From contig CALKXD010000213.1 in NCBI GenBank assembly GCA_938003855.1, positions 33,722 through 97,721 of the forward strand: a stretch of 64,000 nt of DNA. The letters run 5' to 3'. The DNA is from an uncultured Granulosicoccaceae bacterium. GTDB taxonomy: Bacteria > Pseudomonadota > Gammaproteobacteria > Granulosicoccales > Granulosicoccaceae. The position numbers and the translations under genes were made by a program. Below are positions 1 through 9,834 of this stretch, piece by piece (positions within the stretch are counted from its first letter, which is position 1; each line of letters starts with the position of its first letter). The notes under the pieces are model-generated. The model had not been told where the DNA came from and did not search any database. It was given only the letters and a program-made list of their open reading frames with translations.

Positions 1-126
1 GCTGACCCGGGCTTGCTTGCTCAGTGGTTTGCACACTGGCAGGATCTGGTCGACTTCGAATTCTACCCGGTCGATCAGCCGACTTCACCCACCATTCCAC
101 CATCAAGCAAATCATCGAGCCTATGA
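1..126 (+). CDS. C-terminal fragment of an ORF that starts upstream of the window (product not recognised)
   Basis: Frame +1 is open from base 1 (ADPGLLAQWFAHWQDLVDFEFYPVDQP...). It ends at TGA 124-126, which overlaps the ATG at 123 of the next gene (ATGA junction typical of coupled genes). It is too short to identify. Confidence 0.35.
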   Translation, partial: ADPGLLAQWFAHWQDLVDFEFYPVDQPTSPTIPPSSKSSSL

Positions 127-671
127 CCCACCCTGCACACAGCGACATTATCGATTTCTGGTTTACTGAAATAGAGAAATCCTACTGGTTTAAAAAAGAC
201 GATGACTTCGATCAGCTACTGCGCGACAGATTCGGCGACTTGCATGCATCGGCGGTAAAATCCGAACTCTACACCTGGCGCGACAGTGCCTCCGGCCGTC
301 TTGCCGAAATCATTGTACTGGATCAATTTTCGCGTAATTTATACCGTGGTTCTGCACTGTCTTTTGCCAGCGACCCGCTGGCACTGGCGCTGGCTCAGGA
401 AGCAATCGCACTCGGCCTCGACCAGCAACTGCCAGCAGAACAACGGTCCTTTCTCTATATGCCGTTCATGCACAGCGAATCACTGTTGATTCACGATGTC
501 GCCATGACGCTATTCAAGGATCTAGGCGACGAGCGCACCTTCGAGTATGAAGAAAAACACCGGGCTATCATCGAAAAATACGGCCGCTACCCGCATCGAA
601 ACGACGTACTGGGGCGGGCATCAACGGCTGCAGAAACAAACTTTTTAACGCAACCGGGATCCTCATTCTAA
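123..671 (+). CDS. DUF924 family protein
   Basis: The track ORF is 24..671. The first 33 codons from a GTG look like overlap with the upstream gene, so the ATG at 123 (MTHPAHSDIIDFWF) fits better. DUF924-type blocks are present: YWFKKDDDFD, VLDQFSRNLYRG, FLYMPFMHSE and RYPHRNDVLGRASTAAE. Confidence 0.85.
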   Translation: MTHPAHSDIIDFWFTEIEKSYWFKKDDDFDQLLRDRFGDLHASAVKSELYTWRDSASGRLAEIIVLDQFSRNLYRGSALSFASDPLALALAQEAIALGLDQQLPAEQRSFLYMPFMHSESLLIHDVAMTLFKDLGDERTFEYEEKHRAIIEKYGRYPHRNDVLGRASTAAETNFLTQPGSSF

Positions 672-731
672 ATTGCCTGTACCTTTTGAATTACCGCCAT
701 ATCCATCCCGGGCAACGCCGCGACTTTACCG

Positions 732-1385
732 ATGAGTAACACCTATTTGCACAGCGCTGCGCTGCGGCAGTCTATCTGTGACAGCCTGCAAAAATTTGAT
801 CTGCACACCATAGACGACACGACCCTGCGCCGCGCAGCAGTGGCACTGACAGTATCGGCATTACCCGCCACCCGCAGCGCAAGCGACCCGCACACGGCCT
901 GCCTGCTACTGACGCTGCGCAATAGTGGCATGCGCAAACATGCTGGACAATTCGCCCTGCCAGGCGGCAAAGTCGACAACAACGAAACCCTTCAGCAAGC
1001 CTGTCTGCGTGAACTATCTGAAGAAATAGGACTGCATATTTCCACCGACAATGTGCTTGGCCAACTCGACGATTTCGCCACTCGATCCGGTTTTGTAATA
1101 TCGCCGTTTGTGGTCTGGCACGATGCCACAACCCGGCCGGTTGCCAATCCCGACGAGGTAGCACGCATCTTTGAAATTCCTTTGACAGAGCTTGCCGACG
1201 AGGCGCTTGCCACCATTGAAGACGGTGCGCAGGGGGACCCGTTTTTATCTATAGAGCCTGCATCGGTGAATTGCCGGGTATACAGTCCGACGGCGGCCAT
1301 CATCTATCAGTTCCGGGAGGTGGTTCTGCTTGGTAACACCACCCGCGTCGCACACTTTGAGCAACCGGCGTTTGCCTGGCGCTAG
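732..1385 (+). CDS. NUDIX hydrolase (CoA pyrophosphatase-like)
   Basis: A Nudix box is present: GGKVDNNETLQQACLRELSEEIGL (GX5EX7REUXEEXGU). Size and layout resemble the NudL/CoA pyrophosphatase subgroup. Confidence 0.85.
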   Translation: MSNTYLHSAALRQSICDSLQKFDLHTIDDTTLRRAAVALTVSALPATRSASDPHTACLLLTLRNSGMRKHAGQFALPGGKVDNNETLQQACLRELSEEIGLHISTDNVLGQLDDFATRSGFVISPFVVWHDATTRPVANPDEVARIFEIPLTELADEALATIEDGAQGDPFLSIEPASVNCRVYSPTAAIIYQFREVVLLGNTTRVAHFEQPAFAWR

Positions 1386-1452
1386 AGCATTGCACATCAG
1401 CAGGGCGTATCATCTGTGCCGGCCGATATGTATCGCGGTGGTGCTGCGTGTC

Positions 1453-2910
1453 TCAGGGATTGAGCCCGGGCTGCGCCAACCCGGGGACCGTTCCGGCCAG
1501 TTTGCGCTGCCACTCACACATACGCTCAACGGCAGTAATCATAGCTGCTGCGATGTCTTTGCCGGTCACCTCTTCTATCCCTTCAAGGCCCGGAGACGAG
1601 TTAACCTCAAGCAGCAACGGACCGTTTTTAGAGCGAATGATATCAACCCCCGCCACATGTAAACCCATCGCGCGGGCAGCTCGCACGGCCAGTTTGCGCT
1701 CTTCGGGCGTGGGCTTAATTCTGACTGCGGTACCCCCGCGATGCATATTGGCGCGAAATTCTCCCGGTGCTGCCTGGCGCTGCATTGCCGCCACCACCTT
1801 GCCTTCCACCACAAACAAACGCAGATCCTGACCTTCCGCTTCAGAGATAAATTCCTGCACCAGCAAATTAGCGTTGAGCGATTTTATCGCGTTGATGACA
1901 CTTTCCGCTGCTTTGCGGGTTTCTGCCAGCACAACACCACGGCCCTGCGTACCCTCCAGCAATTTGATGATCAACGGCGCACCACCCACCATTTCAATGA
2001 GCTCATCGGTTTCCATTGGCGAGGAGGCAAAACCGGTGATCGGAATATCCAGCTCTTCCTTCAGCAGCAGTTGCAGTGAATAGAGCTTGTCGCGTGAACG
2101 ACTGACCGCCTGCGAGGTATTTAGTGTCGGTATACCCATGCTTTCAAAGTGACGCGTCAGAGCGCAACCATAGAACGTTATGGCCGGACGGATACGCGGT
2201 ATAACAGCATCGAGATCATTAAGCAGAATACCACCGCGGGTATGCACTTCCGGTCGATCAGCATCGAGCTTCATATAACACTGACGTATATCAAAGAAGC
2301 GGATATCGTGGCCACGCTCACGGCCGGCTTCGACAATGCGCTGATTGCTGTAGAGGTCGGGGTTTGACGCCAGCAAACCGATCTTCAGGCCGTCACGGGC
2401 GTTTTCATGGCGGGCATAGATCGAGGAGATTTGCTCCGCGCTGTAACTGCCTAACAGGAAGCTGCCCGCTGGATCAACCAGTAATCGATCAATCATCGCT
2501 TCCCGCCCCAGCAACATGCGATAACCCATGTTGTCCCGGTTGGTCAGCGACAGCTCAACCTCCCAGCTTTGGTCAGCCAGACCGATCTGCGCTTTTATAA
2601 TAAAACGCCTCTCTGTAATGCCACCGCTGTTTTTTACCAGCCGCCGGTCGTGCACGAGCGCTTCACAACGCAGCACGGTTACCCGATCGTTTTGCAGAGG
2701 ATAGACCTCAAACGACACCCAGCGGCGGTTTCTGCGAGTAAAGGACTTTATGTTGAGCGCATGCAGCGTTGATGTGCGGGCACCGGAATCAACCCGCGCC
2801 TTAACCACAGGCACACCCAAGCCGGCGAAGGTACACCATTCTTCGCAGCCGGCAATTAATCGCGGGTTACCAGACATTTTTGTTTTCCACTCGACGCTGC
2901 ACAGGTTCAA
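1453..2910 (-). CDS. RimK-type ATP-grasp alpha-L-glutamate ligase fused to an N-terminal retropepsin-like (ATP-dependent zinc protease, DUF785-type) domain
   Basis: The N-terminus carries [16 protein letters not shown] (aspartic-protease-like DSGA). The C-terminal ATP-grasp blocks are [43 protein letters not shown] and [24 protein letters not shown]. The true start may be the ATG at 2877 ([10 protein letters not shown]). Confidence 0.85.
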   Translation of the reverse strand: MNLCSVEWKTKMSGNPRLIAGCEEWCTFAGLGVPVVKARVDSGARTSTLHALNIKSFTRRNRRWVSFEVYPLQNDRVTVLRCEALVHDRRLVKNSGGITERRFIIKAQIGLADQSWEVELSLTNRDNMGYRMLLGREAMIDRLLVDPAGSFLLGSYSAEQISSIYARHENARDGLKIGLLASNPDLYSNQRIVEAGRERGHDIRFFDIRQCYMKLDADRPEVHTRGGILLNDLDAVIPRIRPAITFYGCALTRHFESMGIPTLNTSQAVSRSRDKLYSLQLLLKEELDIPITGFASSPMETDELIEMVGGAPLIIKLLEGTQGRGVVLAETRKAAESVINAIKSLNANLLVQEFISEAEGQDLRLFVVEGKVVAAMQRQAAPGEFRANMHRGGTAVRIKPTPEERKLAVRAARAMGLHVAGVDIIRSKNGPLLLEVNSSPGLEGIEEVTGKDIAAAMITAVERMCEWQRKLAGTVPGLAQPGLNP

Positions 2911-2988
2911 AGGCCGCGAAGTTTTCCAGTTTACGACCGCGGTTGCAAGTAGTTTGCTGAGATAATAGAACCGTGCTGACGGCCGCTG

Positions 2989-4569
2989 CTAAAAATCGGT
3001 TTTTACACCACCCCCGGCTTTGCGCCGGGCGACGAAGTCATCTAGCTCGCTGCGCAAGGCGGTCTCCATCGGCGGGGCACTGTAGTCAGCCAGGCGCTGC
3101 TTCCACACTCGATTGGCTTTTTGCATAGCATCGGGGGAGCCTGCCTCCTGCCAACTTTCGTAGTTGCGCCAGTCGCTCAGCACGGGGGCGTAAAAGGCGT
3201 CCTTGAAACGCTCCTGCGTATGCGCGGTGCCGAAGAAGTGACCACCCGGGCCAACATCCCTGATCGCCCGCAGGCCAAGTTCATCATCGGAGAAATCCAT
3301 CGGGGTGAGAAACTCTGCCACCATTTGCAGGAGGTCGATGTCGAGGATAAATTTTTCATAGGAACAGCACAGACCCCCTTCCATCCAGCCTGCGCCGTGT
3401 TTTAGCAAGTGGCCACCACCATTGATAGCCCCCCACAGGGAGAATACCGATTCATAGGCTGCCTGCGCATCAACGGTATTGGCAGCACACACGTTGGATG
3501 TCCGGTACGGGATATTGTAACGTCGCGCCAACTGCCCGCCGATATGCTGCGCCTGCATATACTCCGGCGTGCCGAAGGCCGGCGCACCCGACTGCATATC
3601 AACGTTGGAGGTGAAGCCGCCATACATGGCCGGAGCTCCCGGATTAACCATCTGGCTGAACGCAATACCCGCCAGCGCCTCGGCATTTTGCAGCACCAGC
3701 GCACCGGGTATGGTGACCGGCGCCATCGCCCCGGACAAGGTGAACGGTGTAATCACCACCGGTTGATTCATCGACGCCATATCAATGATGCCCTGCATCA
3801 TCGGGATATCCAGTTGCAGTGGCGAATTAGTATTGATGATCGTAAACAGCGACGGCCTCTGACGCAGCTCCTCGGTGGTCAGGCCGTGCGCAATGCGAGT
3901 CATCTCGATAGCATCCATGACGCGCTCGTGCCCGAGTGAGTAGATGCAATAGACCTTGTCTGTCAGTGTGAGAAAATCGGACACACAATCGAGGTGTCTG
4001 ACGGAGGCGTGGACGTCGATGGGCTCGACCGGATAACCACCCAGGCCGTGCAGAACATTATGCATCTGACCCAGCTTCAGGAAATTACGGAAATCCTGTT
4101 GATTGCCGGAGCGCCGGCCGTGATCTAGACATGAGCTGTTCGGGGCGCTGGCCATCAGGCAGAAGAACAGCTGATCTCCACCCACCGTCACATGGTGTGC
4201 GGGGTTGCGCGAATGGAGGGTAAATTCCGCTGGCACACTGGCGATACTTTGCTGTATCAATTCGGCATCGAAGCGCACTTGCATGGAGGCGTCATCCACC
4301 TCGGCACCGGCCTTGCGCATAATCTCACGCGCACCATCGTGCAACACCTTCAAGCCAATCTCACCGAGCACTTTCAACGACGCGTTGTGGACCTGCTCCA
4401 CGGCCTCCACCGAGGCCAGATCAACGCTTGCAAAACTACGGGTCGGCTGCTTAAACGGTTTTTGCGACCAACTCGAAGCACCTCCCGAACCGCCCGCGGC
4501 GCGACTGCCGGCACGCCGGCGCCGTTTACGCGGTGCAGTTACCTCACTATTGACGTTAGTTTCTGACAT
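2989..4569 (-). CDS. trimethylamine methyltransferase (MttB) family protein, non-pyrrolysine type
   Basis: This is an uninterrupted 526-aa ORF with no internal TAG. It has the basic N-terminal tail (RKRRRRAGSRAAGG) and the blocks VEQVHNASLKVLGEIGLKV, TPFTLSGAMAPVTIPGALVLQNAEALAGI and GAGWMEGGL that I associate with COG5598/MttB-superfamily quaternary-amine methyltransferases. Confidence 0.8.
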   Translation of the reverse strand: MSETNVNSEVTAPRKRRRRAGSRAAGGSGGASSWSQKPFKQPTRSFASVDLASVEAVEQVHNASLKVLGEIGLKVLHDGAREIMRKAGAEVDDASMQVRFDAELIQQSIASVPAEFTLHSRNPAHHVTVGGDQLFFCLMASAPNSSCLDHGRRSGNQQDFRNFLKLGQMHNVLHGLGGYPVEPIDVHASVRHLDCVSDFLTLTDKVYCIYSLGHERVMDAIEMTRIAHGLTTEELRQRPSLFTIINTNSPLQLDIPMMQGIIDMASMNQPVVITPFTLSGAMAPVTIPGALVLQNAEALAGIAFSQMVNPGAPAMYGGFTSNVDMQSGAPAFGTPEYMQAQHIGGQLARRYNIPYRTSNVCAANTVDAQAAYESVFSLWGAINGGGHLLKHGAGWMEGGLCCSYEKFILDIDLLQMVAEFLTPMDFSDDELGLRAIRDVGPGGHFFGTAHTQERFKDAFYAPVLSDWRNYESWQEAGSPDAMQKANRVWKQRLADYSAPPMETALRSELDDFVARRKAGGGVKTDF

Positions 4570-4633
4570 TTATCCGATCAGGTCCGTGTAAATTTGTTGT
4601 GCTCCAACAGTTACTGGCGGTGTTAACAGCCAA

Positions 4634-6088
4634 TTGTTGCTATCACCATTGCGATCCTTGCTAGAATTCCACTCACCAGAGCACCGAGATTTCCCGTTGA
4701 ACTACATAAGCACCCGCGGTGGAGACGAATCACTGAGCCTCGCGCAAATAATCACTCGCGGCACCGCCCATAATGGCGGTTTGTTTGTACCACAGAACTG
4801 GCCGACTGTAGATACCAATGAGCGCACACAATTGCTTAGCGGCGAATACGCAGATATCGCCGGGCGATTGCTGCGTCTGTTTGGCGCTGACTCGCTGTCC
4901 GGCATCGATATCACCGCGGCCATCGCCAGAGCCATGACCAAATTCGACAAACCGGTAGGGCCACCGGTCAACCGGCTCGCTGACCATCTGTGGACGCTGG
5001 AGCTGATGCACGGCCCGACCCTCGCGTTTAAAGACTTTGCGTTAGCACCACTGGCCGAGATTATTGACCAGACCCTGCAGCAGCAGAACGCAAAAGCCAC
5101 GGTGCTGTGCGCCACATCGGGAGATACCGGCGCTGCGACTGTATCTGCTTTTGCCAATCGCGAGCGGCTACAGGCGGTCGTCCTTTTCCCCAACGGCGGG
5201 GTATCTGACTTCCAGCGTCGACAAATGACGACCACCGGTGCCGAGAACGTACTGCCACTTTGCGTCGACGGCGATTTCGACGACTGTCAGCGGATTGTGA
5301 AGTCGCTGTATCGCACGTCTGCCGCACAGCGCTATGGCTACACCGCGGTCAACTCCATCAACATGATTCGCATATTGCTGCAAACTGCCTATTACTTCCG
5401 GACCTCCGGCCTGATTCAACGCGATACCGGCAAGTCCGCCGATTTCATTGTCCCGACCGGTAACTTCGGCAACATTTACGCGGCTTACATTGCCAAGCAG
5501 CTCGGCGCTCCGATCAACCACCTGACCGTCACCTCAAACGATAACGATGTGCTGCCGCGTTTTTTCGACAGCCACCGCATGGCCGGACAGGAAACCGTCA
5601 AAACCATTTCCCCGAGTATGGATATACAGGTGTCGAGTAACTTCGAACGTCTGCTGTGGCATATCAAAGAACGTAACGGCACGGCCGTAAATACAACCCA
5701 GCAGAACCTTGAAAACAGCAACAACTACGAACTCAGTCACGCTGAAATGCAATTGATCAAACAAGACTTCTCGGCCGTTAAGTGCACTCAGGATCAAGCC
5801 GTCGCCGCCATGCAACAGGTGTGGTCGCAGCACCGGAAAATTATCTGCCCGCATACCGCCACCGCCATGCATGCGGCAATGCAACTGGGTCCATTAAGCG
5901 ATGAAACCGTGGTCGTTGAAACCGCACACCCGACTAAATTTTCGGCAGCCGTTGCAGATGCCATTGGCACTGAGCCCGAAAAACCGGCCAGCGCTCTGGC
6001 AACGGAAACGGCAACCGAGCAAATGGAGTTCTGCGATGCCACGGCCGATGCCGTGCAAGCGGTTGTCGACAGCAAATTTGCCGCCTGA
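4634..6088 (+). CDS. thrC: threonine synthase
   Basis: It has the YISTRG N-terminal signature, the PLP-lysine block HGPTLAFKD, and the SGDTGAA and PTGNFGN motifs. The start is uncertain: TTG at 4634, or TTG at 4697 giving MNYISTRG. Confidence 0.92.
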   Translation: MLLSPLRSLLEFHSPEHRDFPLNYISTRGGDESLSLAQIITRGTAHNGGLFVPQNWPTVDTNERTQLLSGEYADIAGRLLRLFGADSLSGIDITAAIARAMTKFDKPVGPPVNRLADHLWTLELMHGPTLAFKDFALAPLAEIIDQTLQQQNAKATVLCATSGDTGAATVSAFANRERLQAVVLFPNGGVSDFQRRQMTTTGAENVLPLCVDGDFDDCQRIVKSLYRTSAAQRYGYTAVNSINMIRILLQTAYYFRTSGLIQRDTGKSADFIVPTGNFGNIYAAYIAKQLGAPINHLTVTSNDNDVLPRFFDSHRMAGQETVKTISPSMDIQVSSNFERLLWHIKERNGTAVNTTQQNLENSNNYELSHAEMQLIKQDFSAVKCTQDQAVAAMQQVWSQHRKIICPHTATAMHAAMQLGPLSDETVVVETAHPTKFSAAVADAIGTEPEKPASALATETATEQMEFCDATADAVQAVVDSKFAA

Positions 6089-6875
6089 GCTGACAGTCCT
6101 GCCGGGTACCGCGGCAATATCGATGGCCGGGCGGTTATAGCAAAATCGTCTTGCTAGCGGGCGCTACCGGTTAAGTGTGGCGCCTGTTGTTTCAACGCCC
6201 GGGCACCGGATCACCGCACCTGCCGGGCAATACTCCAGCCCGACGCGGTGGGTCACACACGCCTGCGCGCGGCACCGCTCTGTGGTTTTGCGTATTTTAC
6301 ACAGGCCTCGGCTCCGCGGCGGGATCGACCTGTCCAAACCAATCGCCGCGCAACAGTGCATTGCTCACTGCAACGCCGGAATGCCGCCTGCTGCTGTCAA
6401 ATTTCTGCCATCGGTGAACACGTAGTCCTGATGTCTATTGCTGCCTTTGTTAAATTAGGCGCTTGTACCAATGTGTCTGCATATCCGCAGAATAAACATT
6501 AAGCATCAAGCACTTCCAGCCGACTTCTAAGTTACGCCACGACCTCAGGCCCTTGTGATCATGCTGGAAACACCGGGAGTTGACAGGCAGCGGCGCTTAT
6601 TTTGAACAGCAATAGACTGTGTCTGTGGGAGAACTGCACGGCAACGCGCCGGCTTCTGCATCTCTAGCGGGTACAGACGTCCGTTTATCTGTCGATAGCC
6701 GTTAAGGAAGCAATGGAAACTTACAAGGTTTACAAACACTACGGCGCGCGACATGGACTCCGCGACAACAAGTCGATGGCCGGATGAAACCGGTGATTGG
6801 CAGGCACTACAGAAGTGGGCTCCGGGCGAACCAGTCCGGTTTGGGTGCCATTGAAACTGGCGGATCGGTCAAACC

Positions 6876-9815
6876 ATGAAAAAATTATCGGCCAAATTTC
6901 ATTTGGCAATGGGCCTGACTTCTATCGTGACGTCACTGTTGCTGGTCGCCACACTGCTCAATCTTATCCCGGACCGCAAACAGGCCGTTGTCGACGGGCG
7001 AGTTGCCTTATCCGAATCTATTGCCTCGAGCAGCACGTTGTTTCTGCTCAACAAAGATTATTCGAGCATCACTAAAAATCTGGAATTTTCACTGTCCCGC
7101 AATGAGGACTTGATTGCCGCATCGATACGCCGCCAGCAAGACAGCAAGCCGCTGGTTATCGGCGACGAGACCGTGATTGTCGAAAGCACCGACGGGAACT
7201 CTTCAACGGATTCGCGAGTCGTTCTGCCTATTTTGCAGGGTGATAAAACCTGGGGCGAAATTATATTGTATTTCGCCACTCCCGAAGGACTAGGCCGCAT
7301 ACAGCAATTTAAAGACTCGCGGCTGTCGCTGATAGCCTTTACCGGCAGCTTCGGCTTTCTGCTGTTTTATCTCTATCTCGGTAAAATGCTCAAAGCGCTT
7401 AACCCTTCACAAGCGGTACCTGCGCGCGTGCGGTCCGCCCTGGATACTCTCGCCGAAGCGCTGCTGGTGATTGACGCAAAGTCACATGTGGTTCTAGCCA
7501 ACAAAGCATTTCAGGAAATAACCGGCGAACAGGCCGAAGCCCTGCTGGGTCGGGAAGCCTCCACCTTTGACTGGCATATCGGCGACCAGCACCCCGATGA
7601 AGCAACGGAAGATTCCAATCTGGCATTTCCGTGGCAAAACGCCATGAAGACCGGCGAAACACTACGTAGCAACCCGCTGTGGCTGAAAAACAAAGACGAG
7701 CAGTGGCATAAATTTCTGGTTAACTGCTCACCAATCCTCAACGGCAAAACCGCCAGTGGTGTATTGATCAGCCTTGACGATGTTACCGACCTGGAAGAAA
7801 AGGAAAAAGAACTTCGATTAGCGCGTGATGCGGCGGAGTTGGCAAACAGGGCCAAGAGCGATTTTCTGTCCAACATGAGCCATGAAATCCGCACACCGAT
7901 GACAGCGATTCTAGGCTTCACCGAGGTACTGAAACGCGGCACCGGAAAGGTCGACTCCGACTGGCAAAAGCACCTTAACACTATATCCAGCAGTGGCAAG
8001 CACCTGCTGGAATTGATCAATGATGTTCTGGATCTGTCGAAAGTGGAATCGGGTGCGCTGGAGGTCGAGAGTATTGACTGTGCTCCGCACATAGTGGCGC
8101 ACGATGTTGTACAAGTGCTGCGGGTACGTGCCGAGGAAAAAGATATTGATCTCAATATCAGAGTACCGGAGGCAATGCCTGAGTTTATCCAGAGTGACCC
8201 ATCGCGCTTGCGTCAGATCATCACCAATCTGGTGGGTAATGCGATCAAGTTTACCGAAAGCGGGGGCGTTGAAATCATTTTGCGCACCGTCAACAGCGAG
8301 GGGAAGCACCAATTTGCTATTGACGTAAAAGACAGTGGCATCGGCATGAACGAAAAACAACAGGCGGCGGTGTTTAAACCGTTTGTGCAGGCCGACTCTT
8401 CCATCACCCGTCGCTTTGGCGGCACCGGACTCGGTCTGTCGATCAGTCGCAAACTGGCACGGGCACTCGGTGGGGATATCACCCTGAGCAGTGAAGCCGG
8501 TGTTGGTACCACGTTCACAGCACTGATCGACACCGGTCCTCTCGATCCCAGCACCTTCCTCAGCCCGGAGCGTATCCTGGAGACACTGGTTGTCACTGAG
8601 GAAGATAATCAAACCGAGTGGGTATTCCCACCATCGAAACTGCTGGTGATTGACGATGCCGCCGAGAACCGCGAATTACTGTCACTGGTTCTGACAGACC
8701 TCGGTCTGGAGGTTGATCTGGCCGAAAACGGCGCTATCGGGGTGGACATGGTTGCCGCAAACCACTACGACCTGATTCTGTCCGACATTCAAATGCCGGT
8801 GATGGATGGCTACGAAGCGGCCCGTGCCATGCGTGACAGCGGTGTAGAGCAGCCGATCATTGCACTGACCGCGAATGCCATGAAAGGCTACGAGGAAGTG
8901 ATCCTGCAAGCGGGATTCTCTCACTACATGACCAAACCTATCGATATCGACGCACTGACCAGGTTACTGGCTAAGCTGCTGAACGGTAAACCCGGTGCTG
9001 TGAAACCGGACTCTGCTGCCTCTGAGCAGCCGTCAGTTGCCCTTACAGACAAAGTCGATACCGACGCAATAACAACGGAGGCGTCTGACACTTCCCTGCC
9101 ACTGATTTACAGTAAGCTCGGTGACTCATTGACGCTCGGGCCGGTGGTGGAAAAATTCATCGTCAAGCTGCACGAGCAACTCCCGTTAATGGAAGCGGCC
9201 CGTCAGCGGCAGGATTTCAAAGAATTGGCAGCCAGCGCCCACTGGCTGAAAGGCTCGGGCGGCACGGTAGGCTTTACCGAGTTGTCGGTTCCGGCAAAAT
9301 TACTGGAAGACAACGCGAAGGCATCCAATGAAGCAAGTTTGGAACACGACCTGCAAACTATCAGGGAAATTGCCTCACGCCTGCGCGGTGGTGTGCCGTC
9401 TGCGACAGAACTGGAAGAAAAACCGTCGCCAGGTATCAATTCCGCCACTACCGGGTCGACAGCAAGTGAGATAGAAGTCGTAGAGAGCAGTCTACTGCTG
9501 CGGGATTCTTCATTCCGGCCCATCGTCGTGAAATTTCTGCCACGTCTAAAAGAAAAACTGGACGCGATGGACGTGGCGTTAAGAGACATGGACTATGAAG
9601 AACTGGCTCAACTGGCACATTGGCTTAAAGGTTCCGGAGGTACCGTCGGTTTTGACATCTTTACTGAACCTTCAGCTGAAATGGAGACCAGCGCACACAA
9701 CAAAGATGAAGGAAATATCATTAGGCTGTTAAACGAAATCAAAGACTACGCAGAGAAGATTGTGATTCCCGGCAATGACAACGAAGGTCCATCGACCTTG
9801 AAAAATTCTGCTTAG
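6876..9815 (+). CDS. hybrid sensor histidine kinase (TM - PAS - HisKA - HATPase_c - REC - Hpt - Hpt)
   Basis: Two N-terminal hydrophobic helices are present. The H-box is SHEIRTPMTAILGF, the N box is NLVGNAIKFT and the G boxes are DSGIGM and GGTGLGLSIS. The receiver has DLILSDIQMPVMDG...ALTANA. Two Hpt-type motifs are present: SAHWLKGSGGTVGF and LAHWLKGSGGTVGF. Confidence 0.92.
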   Translation: MKKLSAKFHLAMGLTSIVTSLLLVATLLNLIPDRKQAVVDGRVALSESIASSSTLFLLNKDYSSITKNLEFSLSRNEDLIAASIRRQQDSKPLVIGDETVIVESTDGNSSTDSRVVLPILQGDKTWGEIILYFATPEGLGRIQQFKDSRLSLIAFTGSFGFLLFYLYLGKMLKALNPSQAVPARVRSALDTLAEALLVIDAKSHVVLANKAFQEITGEQAEALLGREASTFDWHIGDQHPDEATEDSNLAFPWQNAMKTGETLRSNPLWLKNKDEQWHKFLVNCSPILNGKTASGVLISLDDVTDLEEKEKELRLARDAAELANRAKSDFLSNMSHEIRTPMTAILGFTEVLKRGTGKVDSDWQKHLNTISSSGKHLLELINDVLDLSKVESGALEVESIDCAPHIVAHDVVQVLRVRAEEKDIDLNIRVPEAMPEFIQSDPSRLRQIITNLVGNAIKFTESGGVEIILRTVNSEGKHQFAIDVKDSGIGMNEKQQAAVFKPFVQADSSITRRFGGTGLGLSISRKLARALGGDITLSSEAGVGTTFTALIDTGPLDPSTFLSPERILETLVVTEEDNQTEWVFPPSKLLVIDDAAENRELLSLVLTDLGLEVDLAENGAIGVDMVAANHYDLILSDIQMPVMDGYEAARAMRDSGVEQPIIALTANAMKGYEEVILQAGFSHYMTKPIDIDALTRLLAKLLNGKPGAVKPDSAASEQPSVALTDKVDTDAITTEASDTSLPLIYSKLGDSLTLGPVVEKFIVKLHEQLPLMEAARQRQDFKELAASAHWLKGSGGTVGFTELSVPAKLLEDNAKASNEASLEHDLQTIREIASRLRGGVPSATELEEKPSPGINSATTGSTASEIEVVESSLLLRDSSFRPIVVKFLPRLKEKLDAMDVALRDMDYEELAQLAHWLKGSGGTVGFDIFTEPSAEMETSAHNKDEGNIIRLLNEIKDYAEKIVIPGNDNEGPSTLKNSA

Positions 9816-9834
9816 GTGACGGACGGCAAATGTA

